64,000 nt of DNA from assembly GCA_963575745.1 (NCBI GenBank), contig CAUYUJ010000254.1:1-64000 (forward strand). The letters are read 5' to 3'. The notes beneath the pieces were generated by a model that worked only from the letters and a program-made list of their open reading frames with translations, was not told where the DNA came from and did not search any database. Both the position numbers and the translations under genes were made by a program. Every line of letters starts with the position of its first letter. The first letter of the stretch is position 1. Origin of the DNA: Prorocentrum cordatum (taxonomy: Eukaryota). Positions 51,711 through 64,000 of the stretch are shown here, piece by piece.

Positions 51711-51796
51711 TTTGCCCGTCGCCCAAGTAGGTGTCTTTGACACGTTGCCATGTCTTACATTTCAATATTCCTTTCCGGGTTCGTGGGTCGATCATG

Positions 51797-52830
51797 TTTT
51801 TCCCAACCATCCTGTGGTGTTGGGTCCTCGTTTTGAAGAGACGGTGCCCCGCGTTCCCGCCTCCTTCCTCCCTCCCTCCTCCCCAGGGCCCTCACACCTT
51901 TCGTGGTCCCATGGGGAGCTCCACCGAGGGCCCCAGTGGCTGCGTCCGCATGCGGTTCCACCCCCCATTTCGGCACACCCCTCACACGTTTCGTGGCCCC
52001 ATAGGGAGCTCCACCGAGGGCCCCAGTGGCTGCGTCCGCATGCGGTTCCACCCCCAATTTCGGCACACCCCTCACACGCTTCGTGGCCCCATAGGGAGCT
52101 CCACCGAAGGCCCCAGTGGCTGCGTCCGCATGCGGTTCCACCCCCCATTCTGGCACACCCCTCACACGTTTCGTGGCCCCATAGGGAGCTCCACCGAAGG
52201 CCCCAGTGGCTGCGTTCGCATCGCACCCATTTCGGCACACCCCTCACACGTTTCGTGGCCCCATAGGGAGCTCCACCGAAGGCCCCAGTGGCTGCGTTCG
52301 CACCGACCCATTTCGGCACACCCCTCACACGTTCGTGGCCCCATAGGGAGCTCCACCGAAGGCCCCAGTGGCTGCGCATGGCGGCGCCGCACCCATTTCG
52401 GCACACCCCTCACACGTTTCGTGGCCCCATAGGGAGCTCCACCGAAGGCCCCAGTGGCTGCGTTGGCATGGCGGCGCCGCACCCATTTCGGCACACCCAT
52501 CACACGTTTCGTGGCCCCCTAGGGAGCTCCACCGAAGCTCCCAGTGGCTGCGTTGGCATGGCGGCGCCGCGCCGAAGAAGATGTTCACTATTGCGGTACT
52601 CACAGCTGCATATGGTTGGGTCCTTCGCCAGGCTAATTTCGGGAGTGGTATGGGGGCTCCGTCGAAGGCCCGAATGGCAGCGTCCGCATGGCGAGACCGC
52701 ACTGATTTCGGCACCCCCACACGTTTCGTTGCCACATAGGGAGCTCCGTCGAAGGCCCCAGTGGCAGCGTCCGCATGGCGGCACCGCACCCATGTCGGTA
52801 CACCCCTCGCACGTTTCTTGGCCCCTCTCC
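51797..52830 (-). repeat. Family-A satellite element (80-90-bp units) with hairpin terminus
   Basis: TCGTGGCCCC at 51901, 51991, 52081, 52171. On the minus strand the terminus reads CCGTCTCTTCAAAACGAGGACCCAACACCACAGGATGGTTGGGAA. Confidence 0.88.
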
Positions 52831-55800
52831 TTCGCCCCTCCTTTGGCAATGTTCAAGCACCATCAGTTGCCGCTCAGTCAGAACCCGCTGGGAATCACGT
52901 GCTGCGCCGTCACACTCTCACAGCTCAACCCAGGATGACTTTTTGGCATGTGTCGCTTCTGTAGCGTACTGCTCCTGTCCTGACCACGCACTGCTTGGTG
53001 TACCACTCGCTCGCTTGCTTTCTTGCCTCTCGATGCCCCCAGCTGCACATGGTTGGGTCCTTCGTGGAGCCCTCTTTCTCCTCGTGGCGCCGAGCGCGCC
53101 ACCTGCGGGCGCGCGCCCTTCCCACCCCCCCGCGCCTCTGGCGCGCAGGACGCCACTCCGGAGCCGCAGGGGCCGCCCGGCTTCGAGGCGGGGCGGCGGG
53201 CTCTCGTGCCCTCCTGGACGTACGTCCGCGGCGAGCCCAGGGGGGAAGTGGGAAGGGGCGGGCCTTCCCAGGAGGCTCGGAAGTCCCCCGGCCTTCTGAT
53301 CAGTGTTCCAAGTTTTCTCCGAAGACACAGACACTTCTCAGAAGGCGCGAGGGTCTCTGAGGAGCCCCGACGACCATTCTGAGAAGGCCTCCTCCTCCTC
53401 GCTTCCCCCGCTCGCTCGCTGCCGAGTATATGACAGGCGCCTCGCCCCGCCTCTTCCCTGGACCGTCTGTCACCGGGCGCGTTCCACTACTCGCAAAGTG
53501 CCCACTCGCAAAGGTCCAACACTAAAAACATGCCTTCCTACTTGGAACGTGTCGCACCACCCCGCGGCGAATCCAGGCCATTCGCGAGCAGCTACTTCTT
53601 GCGAGTAGCGGGGCGCGCTCGTCCAGCAGTCGGGGGGCCCCCCGGGAGTCTCGCTCTCTGCCCTCCGGGCACGGCCGCGGGGCCGTCGCCTCTGCGCTCG
53701 GGCGTCTCGCCGGCGGTCGGCCTCCTCTCCCCCCCATGCGCTCCGGGGGGTGGAGCGGGAGCCGGGCCGCCCCCTGCTTCCTTGAAGTCGGGCCTGTCCC
53801 TCCACAGGAGGAATGTTCAGGAAGAACTGCAGAAAATAGTCTTGTGACGATTTCTCGAGAATTGTGACCCTTGTTGAATCTTTTTGTTTGTGGCTATTTG
53901 TTCTAGTTCTTACCCCAAATCCGCCTGTAGGGGGACACGCCCGACCTAATGCTGCCTGTCGCGGGCGGTCGTGAGTCGGTCGGCACGAACGAGGCGAGCA
54001 CAGGAAGAGTGGGCACGAATCGGCGGCGAAATCCGAGCCCTGCCCTCGCCGATCAACGATGCAGGCCACGCGATCGGCGGCGGGGGTAGGGTTCGGAATT
54101 CGTCAGAGGCGTGGCGAAGTCCGAGCCCCACCCGCGCCTCCCATCGATCCAGGAGGGTCGATGGTCGGCATCATGGCTGGTGGGGGTAGGGTTCGGATGT
54201 CGCTACGGGGCGTCGGGGCAGGCGGGGGGGGCAGGACGTCGGGACGATCAGAATGGGTGCGGAACGCATGGGTGCAAAGGCCGACAGCATGTCCTGTCCA
54301 TCTTGAACAGGGCTCGGTGTCGGTGTCGCCGCGGACGCTGTCCATTTGAGACTGACGGCCGCCCGCCCAACGGCGGCCGCTGTCGGTTTTGGACCACACA
54401 TGTTGTTGGGTATGGTGCCCATTTTTGCCTCAGCCATCTCGGGTGTCCAAAGGGTGAGCCCAGACCTCTGACGCAGAGCCCATTCCGATCCGATCGGTCC
54501 GATTCGGTATCGAGTTTGCCAGCCCGATCCGATTCGGTCCCGATGCTCCGACGACCAGTGCCTGCACGGCGCCGTTGTGCATCCTGGCGCGGTCGAGTCG
54601 AGTCGGTCCCGGCCCCGTGCCGATGCAGACCAACTCGATGCTTGCTCCGATCCGATTTGGGTTATCGATTCGTTGTCGGCCGCTCCTGCGGGGGGGGCAG
54701 TCGGGCGGGGCTGGCACGAGGCGAAATCTGTTCCAGAGCGTTCCGGAACGCCCTCAGAGCGTGCCGGACCCCCCCCCCCGCGAGAAGGCCGCGGCGCCCG
54801 ATACATCCTCCAGAGCCGTATCTTCACCCGATTTAGCGAGCTAACGAATAAGGTGTTGGAGGGGGGAAAGAAAAAACAAACAATTATCCTCACCCTGGCT
54901 TCGTCTGAGGTGGAGGTGCGCCCAGATCTCCAGCTCTGTGGGAGCGAGCCGTACGGCGGCCAGCCTCTGCCACGTGGGGTCTTCTCGGGGCGTCCGGAGG
55001 GGGATCGGGCCAGCAGGGGGTCAAGAGCACCTGAGGGCGCAGGCTATTAGAATGTGGGGACAGCAGATGTCATGGTGCCAACATCGCAGAGCGGATCTGG
55101 TTCGGAAATCAATGGGATGGGCTGGATCGTCCTGGAGAATGTTGTTTGGGATTTTGAATTGACTTTCGTGCGTTCTTTTGGCCAGGAATGAAGACTACAA
55201 CAAATCCACGCAAAATTCACTTCGGTTTTCGCTCGTCGTTTCGGGGCCTTGCATCGACAGAAATCCACGCACAAAAACCGCTGGAGCACGTCTGCAAGGT
55301 CGGTGCAGTGGCAGCATATGACTGGGTGAGGGGGAGGAGGCTTTTCCTTCCTCTTTCGCCGTCCTCAACCCTTCCGTTTCTCCTCCTGCCTCTTCCCTCC
55401 TGCCTCCTCCGCCTCCTCATCCAAGCCACCGCGCGGTCAATCATTGGCATTGGTGGGCACAGGAACCCAGGAAAACATCACACCTCACCCTGTACGTAAC
55501 TTTTGCCCCGCGCATGCGCCGCAAGGTTGAGCTCGTGCATCATGACCTTGCGCTGGTGGGGGCACCACGAGACGATGAGAGCGTCGTCCTCGAGCAGACC
55601 GTCGCAACGTTGATGAAACGCCGTCGCCGCCGCCTCGAGTGCTCGAAGCGCGCAGAGCGCAGCTCGCGGGCATGACCATCCTTGACGAGCTGTTGGCCAA
55701 GCCCCCGCCGCCGATGCTTCGGCCGCCCAGACTCCTGCCACCAGACGTGTCGAAAGGCACGGGCAAGGAACAGATCCAACGGGTGACGCTGGTCGACGAG

Positions 55801-57239
55801 GGTAGCGGCCACGGAGACGACAAGGACGACACTGCAGAAGAGGAGGGGTGCACAGAGGACGAAGTTCCAGCGGAGCCAGTTCAAACACCAGTTGCCCATG
55901 ATCAGGTCGTTGGGTGTTCACGATCAGGCTGATGCACTCAAGATCCAGTTGAACCCATCCAGATTCCAAGTGGAACTGTCCAGGCTCCAGCTGAACACGT
56001 TCGCGGTCACGCGCTCATTTCAAAATCCAGCTGGACCCGTTCATTTTCCTGGGATGCCCGCCCCGCAAATTACATGAACTTGTTAAGATCACAACCAGAC
56101 CCGCTTGGGTACAGGCGTAACTTCTTCAAGCTCCAGCTTCCGTCAAACGTTCTCGTGAACACGTTCACATCCTTGCTGACAACGTTCACTGCCGCGATGT
56201 CAGCGTAGATTACGAGGCCTCCGTAATGAGCGGCGCCGCGCATATCGGGATTGCCGCGCAGCTCGAGGAGAAGAGCCCGCCGCAGCGAGCCAGCATAGTC
56301 GACCTCGCACACGACACGCTAGAGGATCGGCTCGGAGATTGCTTCGTGTTCTCTCCAGTGGTTGGAAGACGCACTGGTGGAACCGAGCCAGGGAAGTCGT
56401 TAATGGCTGGGCGTCGATCACTGTTTTTGGCTCGCGCGAGGATAGCGTTGTCATGTTCATGGTGACATTAGCGGGCCAGCTCTGTGATTGAAGGTAGCCT
56501 CGCCAGCGATGATTGAGCAGCGTGCGATTGAAGGAGAGCAGGCTTCCCAGAAGTGACTCAGGGGCAGTTTTGGGACATGCGCCTAGGTGCGTGATATCCG
56601 GCGCTGAACCCTATTCCACATCCTAGGGCTGAGGGCGCAGAGGGTTTGCACGAGTGCTCGCTGGCCCCAGAGCCTGCTGCGTGTGGGGCCAGATGGGAAG
56701 GCCGTGCCAGAGCGCGCGGTCTCTGCGCCCGTGTATTTTGATTTGCAAGTGAGGCGTGGCTCACCCCAGTTGGTTCCGAGACGTGGGCACGTGCTGTTGG
56801 CGGTTGTTGTTGGCTGTTGGTTGTTGTCTGTGTGTGTGTGTGTGCTGTCACATGTTCGCGGGTTGTACGATGTGATTTTGAAAGCTGTTGAGAGAGCCGC
56901 GACCTGTCGGGCCCGAGTTAGAGTCGAGTCGAGGCCTCTTTTTTCCCGGAAGGGGCTCCGGCCCAGGGTTCTCTTTTAGTGAGTTTCCCCCCTGCACCTA
57001 CGGGAGGTGGGCCTGCGGAATTGATCTGCGATGAATTTCGAGGTAAAGTGTGAATTTTCAGTTGAACAAGTGCGTTTTTCGCGTGCCCGCTCGAGGAAAG
57101 TTTGCCCTCCGTCTCGGATCCTCGATAAATAACGGGGTCCGCAGACCACCGTTTTCCTCTGTGAAAAAGAGGGTGCGGCACGTTTTGTGTGGAATCCATG
57201 AGAAATAACGAGGTCCGGAGACCCGACCAATTCGTAAAA

Positions 57240-60200
57240 AAGGCCACCCAGGAGGTATCGAGCATGGCGGTCCCGAGCTAGGGTATCTAACATGGTGGTC
57301 CCGAGCTGGAATCCCGTGTTTTCACGTGTCCAGCCCACCCATGGGGGGTATCTAACATGGTGGTCCCGAGCTGGAATCACATGTTTTTACATCTTCAGGC
57401 CACCCAGGGGGGTATCTAGCATGGTGATCCGTCACTGGAACCGCGTGTTGTCAAGTGTCCAGGCCACCCAGGGGGGTTTCTAACTTGGTGGTCCTGTGCT
57501 GGAACCGTGTGTTTTTACATGTCCAGGCCACTGCACGTGTCCTTGGGCTGTCCTTGCAGACTCCCTGGGATTGCACGCCCGCCTGGCCTCTCAGACGCCC
57601 TGGGTTGCTGCACCCCCCCCCGCCGCCTGATCCGCGGCCCCCGCGCGCGCCTGGGAATTTAGTCGCGGCCGCAGCCCGACCGTGACCGCTCGCCGTCGGC
57701 GCCTCCGCCTGCGGCTGTAAAAAAAAAAGTGTCCAGACCACCCATGGGGGTATCTAACATGATTGTCCCGAATTGGAACCATGTTTTTTTGCGGGTCCAG
57801 GCCGCCAAAGGGGGATATCCAACATGGCGTCGGACCCAACGCCGAATTGTCAGGAAACGCACGGGGAGCCGAAAAGCGCTAACTGAACACATATCCTAAA
57901 ACAAAACAGTCATGTTTTCTTGCTCTATACAGGGGGTGGCGCTTTGGGGGCCTCTCCAGGGAAGACAGTGCGATGATGTCTCGAGCAGGAGCGCGAATTC
58001 AGCGTATCCAGGCCACGCAGGGGGTATCTAACATGGATGTCCCGAGTTGCAACCACATGTTTTTACATGTCCAGGCCACTCAGGGGGATATCTAACATGT
58101 TCGTCCCGAGCTGGAACCACGTGTTTTTACCTGCCCAGGCCACTCTGGGGGGTATCTGACGTAGTTGTCCCGACTGACACCACGTGTTTTTACGTGTCCA
58201 GGCCACCCAGGGGGTATCTAACATGGTGGTCCCGAGCAAAGACCAGGTGTTAAACGTATCCAGGCCGCTCATGGGTGCATCTAACACGGATGTCCCGAGC
58301 TGGCACCCGCGTTTTCACGTGTCCAGGCCACCCAGGGGGGGTATCCAACATGGTTGCCCCGAGCAAGGGCCACGTTTTTTCACGTGTGTAGGCCATCCAG
58401 GTGTGTATCTAACATGGTTGTCCAGACCTGGATCCATTTGTTTTTACATGTCCAGGCCGCCCAAGGGGGTATCTAACGTGGTGGTCCCGCGCTGGAACCA
58501 TGTGTTTTTACGTGCCCAGGCCTCCCTGGGGGTATCTAACTTTGTTGTCCCGAACTGGTACCGCGTGTTTTCACGTGTCCAGGCCACCCAGGAGGGTTTC
58601 TCACTTGGTGGTCCTGTGCTGGAACCGTGTGATTTTGCGTGTCCAGACCACCCAAGGGGTATCTAACATGATTGTCCCGAATTGGAACCACGTGTTTTTA
58701 CGGGTCCAGGCCGCCAAAGGGGGATATCCAACATGGCGTCGGGCCCAACGCCGAATTATCAGGAAACGCACGGGGAGCCGAAAAGCGCTAACTGAACACA
58801 TATCCTAAAACAAAACAGTCATGTTTTCTTGCTCTATACAGGGGGTGGCGCTTTGGGGGCCTCTCCAGGGAAGACATTGCGATGATGTCTCGAGCAGGAG
58901 CGCGAATTCAGCGTATCCAGGCCACGCAGGGGGTATCTAACATGGATGTCCCGAGTTGCAACCACATGTTTTTACATGTCCAGGCCACTCAGGGGGATAT
59001 CTAACATGTTCGTTCCGAGCTGGAACCACGTGTTTTTACTTGCCCAGGCCACTCTGGGTGGTATCTGACGTAGTTGTCCCGACTGACACCACGTGTTTTT
59101 ACGTGTCCAGGCCACCCAGGGGGTATCTAACATGGTGGTCCCGAGCAAAGACCAGGTGTTAAACGTATCCAGGCCGCTCATGGGTGCATCTAACACGGAT
59201 GTCCCGAGCTGGCACCCGCGTTTTCACGTGTCCAGGCCACCCAGGGGGGGTATCCAACATGGTTGCCCCGAGCAAGGGCCACGTTTTTTCACGTGTGTAG
59301 GCCATCCAGGTGTGTATCTAACATGGTTGCCCAGACCTGGATCCATTTGTTTTTACATGTCCAGGCCGCCCAAGGGGGTATCTAACGTGGTGGTCCCGCG
59401 CTGGAACCATGTGTTTTTACGTGCCCAGGCCTCCCTGGGGGTATCTAACATTGTTGTCCCGAACTGGTACCGCGTGTTTTTACGTGTCCAGGCCACCCAG
59501 GAGGGTTTCTCATTTGGTGGTCCTGTGCTGGAGCCGTGTGATTTTGCGTGTCCAGACCACCCAGGGGGTATCTAACATGATTGTCCCGAATTGGAACCAC
59601 GTGTTTTTACGGGTCCAGGCCGCCAAAGGGGGATATCCAACATGGCGTCGGGCCCAACGCCGAATTATCTGGAAACGCACGGGGAGCCGAAAAGCGCTAA
59701 CTGAACACATATCCTAAAACACAACAGTCATGTTTTCTTGCTCTATACAGGGGGTGGCGCTTTGGGGGCCTCTCCAGGGAAGACATTGCGATGATGTCTC
59801 GAGCAGGAGCGCGAATTCAGCGTATCCAGGCCACGCAGGGGGTATCTAACATGGATGTCCCGAGTTGCAACCACATGTTTTTACATGTCCAGGCCACTCA
59901 GGGGGATATCTAACATGTTCGTTCCGAGCTGGAACCACGTGTTTTTACCTGCCCAGGCCACTCTGGGGGGTATCTGACGTAGTTGTCCCGACTGACACCA
60001 CGTGTTTTTACGTGTCCAGGCCACCCAGGGGGTATCTAACATGGTGGTCCCGAGCAACGACCAGGTGTTAAACGTATCCAGGCCGCTCATGGGTGCATCT
60101 AACACGGTTGTCCCGAGCTGGCACCCGCGTTTTCACGTGTCCAGGCCACCCAGGGGGGGGGGGGGGTATCCAACATGGTTGCCCCGAGCAAGGGCCACGT

Positions 60201-63200
60201 TTTTTCACGTGTGTAGGCCATCCAGGTGTGTATCTAGCATGGTTGTCCAGACCTGGATCCATTTGTTTTTACATGTCCAGGCCGCCCAAGGGGGTATCTA
60301 ACGTGGTGGTCCCGCGCTGGAACTGTGTGTTTTTACGTGCCCAGGCCTCCCTGGGGGTATCTAACATTGTTGTCCCGAACTGGTACCGAGTGTTTTCACG
60401 TGTCCAGGCCACCCAGGAGGGTTTCTCACTTGGTGGTCCTGTGCTGGAGCCGTGTGATTTTGCGTGTCCAGACCACCCAGGGGGTATCTAACATGATTGT
60501 CCCGAATTGGAACCACGTGTTTTTACGGGTCCAGGCCGCCAAAGGGGGATATCCAACATGGCGTCGGGCCCAATGCCGAATTATCTGGAAACGCACGGAG
60601 GGCCGAAAAGCGCTAACTGAACACATATCCTAAACCCGAGCAGTCATGTTTTCTTGCTCTATACAGGGGGTGGCGCTTTGGGGGCCTCTCCAGGGAAGAC
60701 ATTGCGATGATGTCTCGAGCAGGAGCGCGAATTCAGCGTATCCAAGCCACGCAGGGGGTATCTAACATGGATGTCCCGAGTTGCAACCACATGTTTTTAA
60801 ATGTCCAGGCCACCCAGGGGGATATCTAACATGTTCGTCCCGAGCTGGAACCACGTGTTTTTACATGCCCAGGCCACTCTGGGGGGTATCTGACGTAGTT
60901 GTCCCGACTGACACCATGTGTTTTTACGTGTCCAGGCCACCCAGGGGGTATCTAACATGGTGGTCCCGAGCAAAGACCATGTGTTTAAACGTATCCAGGC
61001 CGCTCATGGGTGCATCTAACACGGTTGTCCCGAGCTGGCACCCGCGTTTTCACATGTCCAGGCCACCCAGGGGGGTATCCAACATGGTTGCCCCGAGCAA
61101 GGGCCACGTTTTTTCACGTGTGTAGGCCATCCAGGTGTGTATCTAACATGGTTGCCCAGACCTGGATCCATTTGTTTTTACATGTCCAGGCCGCCCAAGG
61201 GGGTATCTAACGTGGTGGTCCCGCGCTGGAACCATGTGTTTTTATGTGCCCAGGCCTCCCTGGGGGTATCTAACATTGTTGTCCCGAACTGGTACCGCGT
61301 GTTTTCACGTGTCCAGGCCACCCAGGAGGGTTTCTCACTTGGTGATCCTGTGCTGGAACCGTGTGATTTTGCGTGTCCAGACCACCCAGGGGGTATCTAA
61401 CATGATTGTCCCGAATTGGAACCACGTTTTTACGGGTCCAGGCCGCCAAAGGGGGATATCCAACATGGCGTCGGGCCCAACGCCGAATTATCAGGAAACG
61501 CACGGGGAGCCGAAAAGCGCTAACTGAACACATATCCTAAAACAAAACAGTCATGTTTTCTTGCTCTATACAGGGGGTTGCGCTTTGGGGGCCTCTCCAG
61601 GGAAGACATTGCGATGATGTCTCGAGCAGGAGCGCGAATTCAGCGTATCCAGGCCACGCAGGGGGTATCTAACATGGATGTCCCGAGTTGCAACCACATA
61701 TTTTTACATGTCCAGGCCACCCAGGGGGATATCTAACATGTTCGTCCCGAGCTGGAACCACGTGTTTTTACATGCCCAGGCCACTCTGGGGGGTATCTGA
61801 CGTAGTTGTCCCGACTGACACCACGTGTTTTTACGTGTCCAGGCCACCCAGGGGGTATCTAACATGGTGGTCCCGAGCAAAGACCAGGTGTTAAACGTAT
61901 CCAGGCCGCTCATGGGTGCATCTAACACGGTTGTCCCGAGCTGGCACCCGCGTTTTCACGTGTCCAGGCCACCCAGGGGGGGGTATCCAACATGGTTGCC
62001 CCGAGCAAGGGCCACGTTTTTTCACGTGTGTAGGCCATCCAGGTGTGTATCTAACATGGTTGCCCAGACCTGGATCCATTTGTTTTTACATGTCCAGGCC
62101 GCCCAAGGGGGTATCTAACGTGGTGGTCCCGCGCTGGAACCATGTGTTTTTATGTGCCCAGGCCTCCCTGGGGGTATCTAACATTGTTGTCCCGAACTGG
62201 TACCGCGTGTTTTCACGTGTCCAGGCCACCCAGGAGGGTTTCTCACTTGGTGATCCTGTGCTGGAACCGTGTGATTTTGCGTGTCCAGACCACCCAGGGG
62301 GTATCTAACATGGTGGTCCCGAGCAAAGACCAGGTGTTAAACGTATCCAGGCCGCTCATGGGTGCATCTAACACGGTTGTCCCGAGCTGGCACCCGCGTT
62401 TTCACGTGTCCAGGCCACCCAGGGGGGGGTATCCAACATGGTTGCCCCGAGCAAGGGCCACGTTTTTTCACGTGTGTAGGCCATCCAGGTGTGTATCTAA
62501 CATGGTTGCCCAGACCTGGATCCATTTGTTTTTACATGTCCAGGCCGCCCAAGGGGGTATCTAACGTGGTGGTCCCGCGCTGGAACCATGTGTTTTTACG
62601 TGCCCAGGCCTCCCTGGGGGTATCTAACATTGTTGTCCCGAAATGGTACCGAGTGTTTTCACGTGTCCAGGCCACCCAGGAGGGTTTCTCACTTGGTGGT
62701 CCTGTGCTGGAACCGTGTGATTTTGCGTGTCCAGACCACCCAGGGGGTATCTAACATGATTGTCCCGAATTGGAACCACGTGTTTTTACGGGTCCAGGCC
62801 GCCAAAGGGGGTATCCAACATGGCGTCGGGCCCAATGCCGAATTATCAGGAAACGCACGGAGGGCCGAAAAGCGCTAACTGAACACATATCCTAAAACAG
62901 AGCAGTCATGTTTTCTTGCTCTATACAGGGGGTTGCGCTTTGGGGGCCTCTCCAGGGAAGACATTGCGATGATGTCTCGAGCGGGAGCGCGAATTCAGCG
63001 TATCCAAGCCACGCAGGGGGTATCTAACATGGATGTCCCGAGTTGCAACCACATGTTTTTACATGTCCAGGCCACCCAGGGGGATATCTAACATGTTTGT
63101 CCCGAGCTGGAACCACGTGTTTTTACCTGCCCAGGCCACTCTGGGGGGTATCTGACGTAATTGTCCCGACTGACACCACGTGTTTTTACGTGTCCATGCC

Positions 63201-63860
63201 ACCCAGGGGGTATCTAACATGGTGGTCCCGAGCAACGACCAGGTGTTTAAACGTATCCAGGCCGCTCATGGGTGCATCTAACACGGTTGTCCCGAGCTGG
63301 CACCCGCGTTTTCACATGTCCAGGCCACCCAGGGGGGTATCCAACATGGTTGCCCCGAGCAAGGGCCACGTTTTTTTCACGTGTGTAGGCCATCCAGGTG
63401 TGTATCTAACATGGTTGCCCAGACCTGGATCCATTTGTTTTTACATGTCCAGGCCGCCCAAGGGGGTATCTAACGTGGTGGTCCCGCGCTGGAACCATGT
63501 GTTTTTACGTGCCCAGGCCTCCCTGGGGGTATCTAACATTGTTGTCCCGAACTGGTACCGCGTGTTTTCACATGTCCAGGCCACCCAGGAGGGTTTCTCA
63601 CTTGGTGGTCCTGTGCTGGAACCGTGTGTTTTTACGTGTCCAGGCCACCCAGGGGGGTATCTAACATAGTTGTCCCGAGCTGGCACCATGTGTTTTTACG
63701 TGTCCAGGCCACCCAGGGGTGTATCTAACATAGTTGTCCCGAGCTGGCACCAACGTTTTTACGTGTCCAGGCCGCCCAGGGGGGTATTCAACATTGCGGA
63801 ACCAGGTGCTTTAACATGTCCAGGCCACCCAGAGGAGGTATCCAACATGGGCCTCCTGGG
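57240..63860 (+). repeat. Family-C satellite: ~63-bp monomers organised as a ~909-bp higher-order repeat
   Basis: Monomer GTCCAGGCCACCCAGGGGGTATCTAACATGGTGGTCCCGAGCTGGAACCACGTGTTTTTAC. The unique marker AACTGAACACATATCCTAAA occurs at 57881, 58790, 59699, 60615, 61522, 62877. Confidence 0.95.
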
Positions 63861-64000
63861 GCCTTCCTGGGGGCCTGGAACGGACGTCTAAGATGCAGAT
63901 GTGTTGAGGATGCCTCGAGGGAACCACTTGTTTTCATGTGTCCAGTTCGCCCAGGCGGATGTCTAGCATGAGGTGGCACGTCCATTGGCACGTTCAGTAG

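Noticed and set aside
57240..63860. CRISPR-like repeat/spacer appearance of the 63-bp array
   Set aside because: The inter-repeat sequences are homologous to each other and repeat with the HOR. There are no cas genes and the context is eukaryotic.

Overview
GC-rich, repeat-dominated eukaryotic DNA. I infer a dinoflagellate (Prorocentrum-like) from relics of the dinoflagellate spliced leader (DinoSL, DCCGTAGCCATTTTGGCTCAAG) and from the retroelement types. Only one host gene is supportable: a lipase maturation factor (LMF1-family) gene. It has a ~1.8-kb exon (about 40751-42568) and a C-terminal exon about 6 kb downstream (about 48606-48819), and the two join in frame. Mobile elements include a decayed RTE-like LINE (endonuclease + RT) with stacked SL relics just upstream of its ORF1, two decayed RNase H-bearing retroelements, and a PARP-type zinc-finger fragment inside the LMF1 intron. 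The rest is microsatellites, several 60-100 bp minisatellite families (one organised as a ~909-bp higher-order repeat), fold-back/MITE-like elements and local tandem duplications. The most novel-looking signals are the SL relics attached to retroelements and a shared terminal module (purine tract - TCAAAAC - hairpin - GGGAA) that caps unrelated satellite arrays. Almost all other ORFs in the track are low-complexity artefacts. All alignments were done by eye; no searches were run.
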